37,982 bases of DNA, taken from positions 1 to 37,982 of the IMG/VR virus record IMGVR_UViG_3300015370_000030; one strand, given 5' to 3'. How positions within the stretch are numbered: the stretch's first letter is position 1; the number at the start of each line of letters is the position of its first letter. The notes beneath the pieces were generated by a model, which was not told the DNA's origin, searched no databases, and saw only the letters and a list, made by a program, of their open reading frames with translations. The translations under genes were made by a program, and so were the position numbers. Shown one piece after another: positions 36,532 to 37,982 of the stretch. The stretch comes from a virus (Duplodnaviria > Caudoviricetes).

Positions 36532-37350
36532 ATGAGCGGATGGATCAAACTGCATAGGAAAATGATTAAATGGGAATGGTATAAGAAACCGGAAATGGTT
36601 CATTTATTTCTATATCTCTTATTTAGAGCCAATCATGAGGATCAAAAATGGCAGGGAATTGATATCAAAAGAGGACAAATCCTTACAGGACGCCGAAAGT
36701 TGAGTTTTGAAACAGGAATTTCAGAAAGATCGATCCGAACTTGCATAAAAAGGCTAAAATCGACCAGCGAACTGACCATCGAAACGACCAGCAGATATTC
36801 TCTCATAACCATTACCAATTACGAGTTTTATCAGAGTTGTGAAATAAAACGACCAGAAGAACGACCAACAAACAGTCCAACAACCGACCAGCGACCGACC
36901 AGCGACCGACCAGCGACCGACCAGCGACCGACCACAAACAAGAATATTAAGAATATTAATAAAGAAGAGAAACCTGAAGAATCCAAGAAGAAAAGAATTA
37001 ATACATCCGAAATAGACACCGACTTTGAAACTTTCTGGAATGAATATCCAGGGAAAGAAGGGAAAGCCGGAGCAAAGAAACACTTTACCAAACTGGTTAA
37101 AAACAAGAAAGAGACTGTGGAAGATTTGATTTTATCTGCTAAGAATTATGGCTCTTATTGCAATATCAAGAATACAGAAAGAAAATATATAAAAAAAGGA
37201 TACAATTTTTTCAATGATGATTTTTATAAAGACTTTATGCAGGAATATGTTCCGCCTGCACTGCCCCATGATCCCTGGGACTGGGACGCAAATGACCCAT
37301 TCGGCGATAAAGCCAATAAAGCCAAAATTGTAGAAAGCGAGGTATTGTAA
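36532..37350 (+). CDS. Phage replication initiator (lambda O-analogous)
   Basis: GAGGTG RBS; MSGWIKLHRK...LFLYLLFRANH wHTH N-terminus, repeat-encoded linker, FETFWNEYP...K C-terminal domain. Confidence 0.85.
   Translation: MSGWIKLHRKMIKWEWYKKPEMVHLFLYLLFRANHEDQKWQGIDIKRGQILTGRRKLSFETGISERSIRTCIKRLKSTSELTIETTSRYSLITITNYEFYQSCEIKRPEERPTNSPTTDQRPTSDRPATDQRPTTNKNIKNINKEEKPEESKKKRINTSEIDTDFETFWNEYPGKEGKAGAKKHFTKLVKNKKETVEDLILSAKNYGSYCNIKNTERKYIKKGYNFFNDDFYKDFMQEYVPPALPHDPWDWDANDPFGDKANKAKIVESEVL
36883..36934 (+). repeat. 11-bp tandem iterons (ACCGACCAGCG x4 plus partial), probable replication origin
   Basis: Four exact copies from 36883 plus ACCGACCA; additional CGACCA motifs at about 36761-36867; AT-rich tract directly downstream. 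Confidence 0.9.
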
Positions 37351-37982
37351 TGGATATAATGAATGAACTTAAAAGTTATTATTTGGCAACAACAAAGGAA
37401 CCGCAGAAATTAAAGATACTGCTTCAAGCATTTGATAGAATCATTCTTCCAAAACTTCAAGATGAAATGAGTGATGAAGAAATTTATGATTTTATACTGG
37501 TTAATTTTATTTATTTCCCGACGGTGGCAGAAATGATAAAAGTTATGAAAGTCCCCGAAGTCGACCACAAAGCAATAGCAGAAGTATGGTGGGATCGAAT
37601 AATGAAAGAAATGGCAAGAACCGGATATATGAAATCAATCGCATTTGAGGATAAACTTGTAAATGATTTTATCAAGAACCAGGGCGGCTGGGTAGAGTTC
37701 TGCAAAAAAGACTACGAAGAATTGAAATGGGTAAAAAAAGAGTTTATAACAGTTTATTCCGGTTTGAAAAGAACGGGTTGCATAGGAGAAACAAAAAAAT
37801 TATCTGGATTCGAGGAATTGACCAATCAAACGATAACCGAGGAACCCGCTTTGATTAGTTTGAATGACCGCCGGGAAGCGAAACAATTATCCGAGCCGAT
37901 CAGATTAAAAACAGAAGAAAAAAGACAAGGATTGATAGAGGATTTAAGCAAAAAACTAACACCATTTCAGGAGGGAAAATGA
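37350..37982 (+). CDS. DUF6475-like protein (putative replication accessory)
   Basis: TAATG overlap with initiator; FPTVAE, SIAFEDKLV...QGGWVEFC...KKEF motif; stop codon at the window end. Confidence 0.6.
   Translation: MDIMNELKSYYLATTKEPQKLKILLQAFDRIILPKLQDEMSDEEIYDFILVNFIYFPTVAEMIKVMKVPEVDHKAIAEVWWDRIMKEMARTGYMKSIAFEDKLVNDFIKNQGGWVEFCKKDYEELKWVKKEFITVYSGLKRTGCIGETKKLSGFEELTNQTITEEPALISLNDRREAKQLSEPIRLKTEEKRQGLIEDLSKKLTPFQEGK

Noticed and set aside
36883-36934. Tandem repeats considered as a CRISPR array
   Set aside because: Contiguous 11-bp units with no spacers, inside a coding sequence; better explained as iterons. No CRISPR array or cas gene is seen in the window
572-37705. All minus-strand ORFs in the track (for example 18183-19355, 32766-33308, 4579-5073)
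   Set aside because: They lie antisense to well-supported + strand genes, are Phe/Ser/Leu-rich mirrors of Lys/Glu-rich coding sequence, and show no recognisable motifs

Overview
The window is most or all of a tailed dsDNA phage genome with podovirus-type gene order. Every credible gene lies on the + strand. From left to right: a non-coding control region (repeats, two perfect DnaA boxes, sigma70-type promoters); small and large terminase; P22-like portal; scaffold; N4-gp56/DUF4043-like major capsid; decoration and fibre genes; head-tail adaptor; tail-collar fibre; P22 gp10-like hub; a GNAT-like protein; three DNA-ejection proteins including a ~2600 aa multidomain protein; a lysis cassette (Amidase_3 endolysin plus small membrane proteins); and a terminator. 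An early region follows with an RHH regulator, YqaJ exonuclease, putative annealing protein, tRNA-Asn(GTT), small Cys-rich ORFs, a C5-methyltransferase-like gene, a replication initiator with an internal iteron origin, and a DUF6475-like gene. No integrase is visible. Four observations stand out. (1) The giant ejection-type protein carries a GGDEF (diguanylate cyclase-like) domain with a YGDEF active-site variant, alongside HExxH and ParB-like modules. (2) Six appendage/fibre genes start with Sec-type signal peptides while the core virion genes do not. (3) A stand-alone class III RNR (NrdD) glycyl-radical tail sits inside the lysis cassette. (4) A terminator with an upstream sequence complementary to its loop lies in front of the replication gene. 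All family assignments come from motif recognition by eye; no database search was run.
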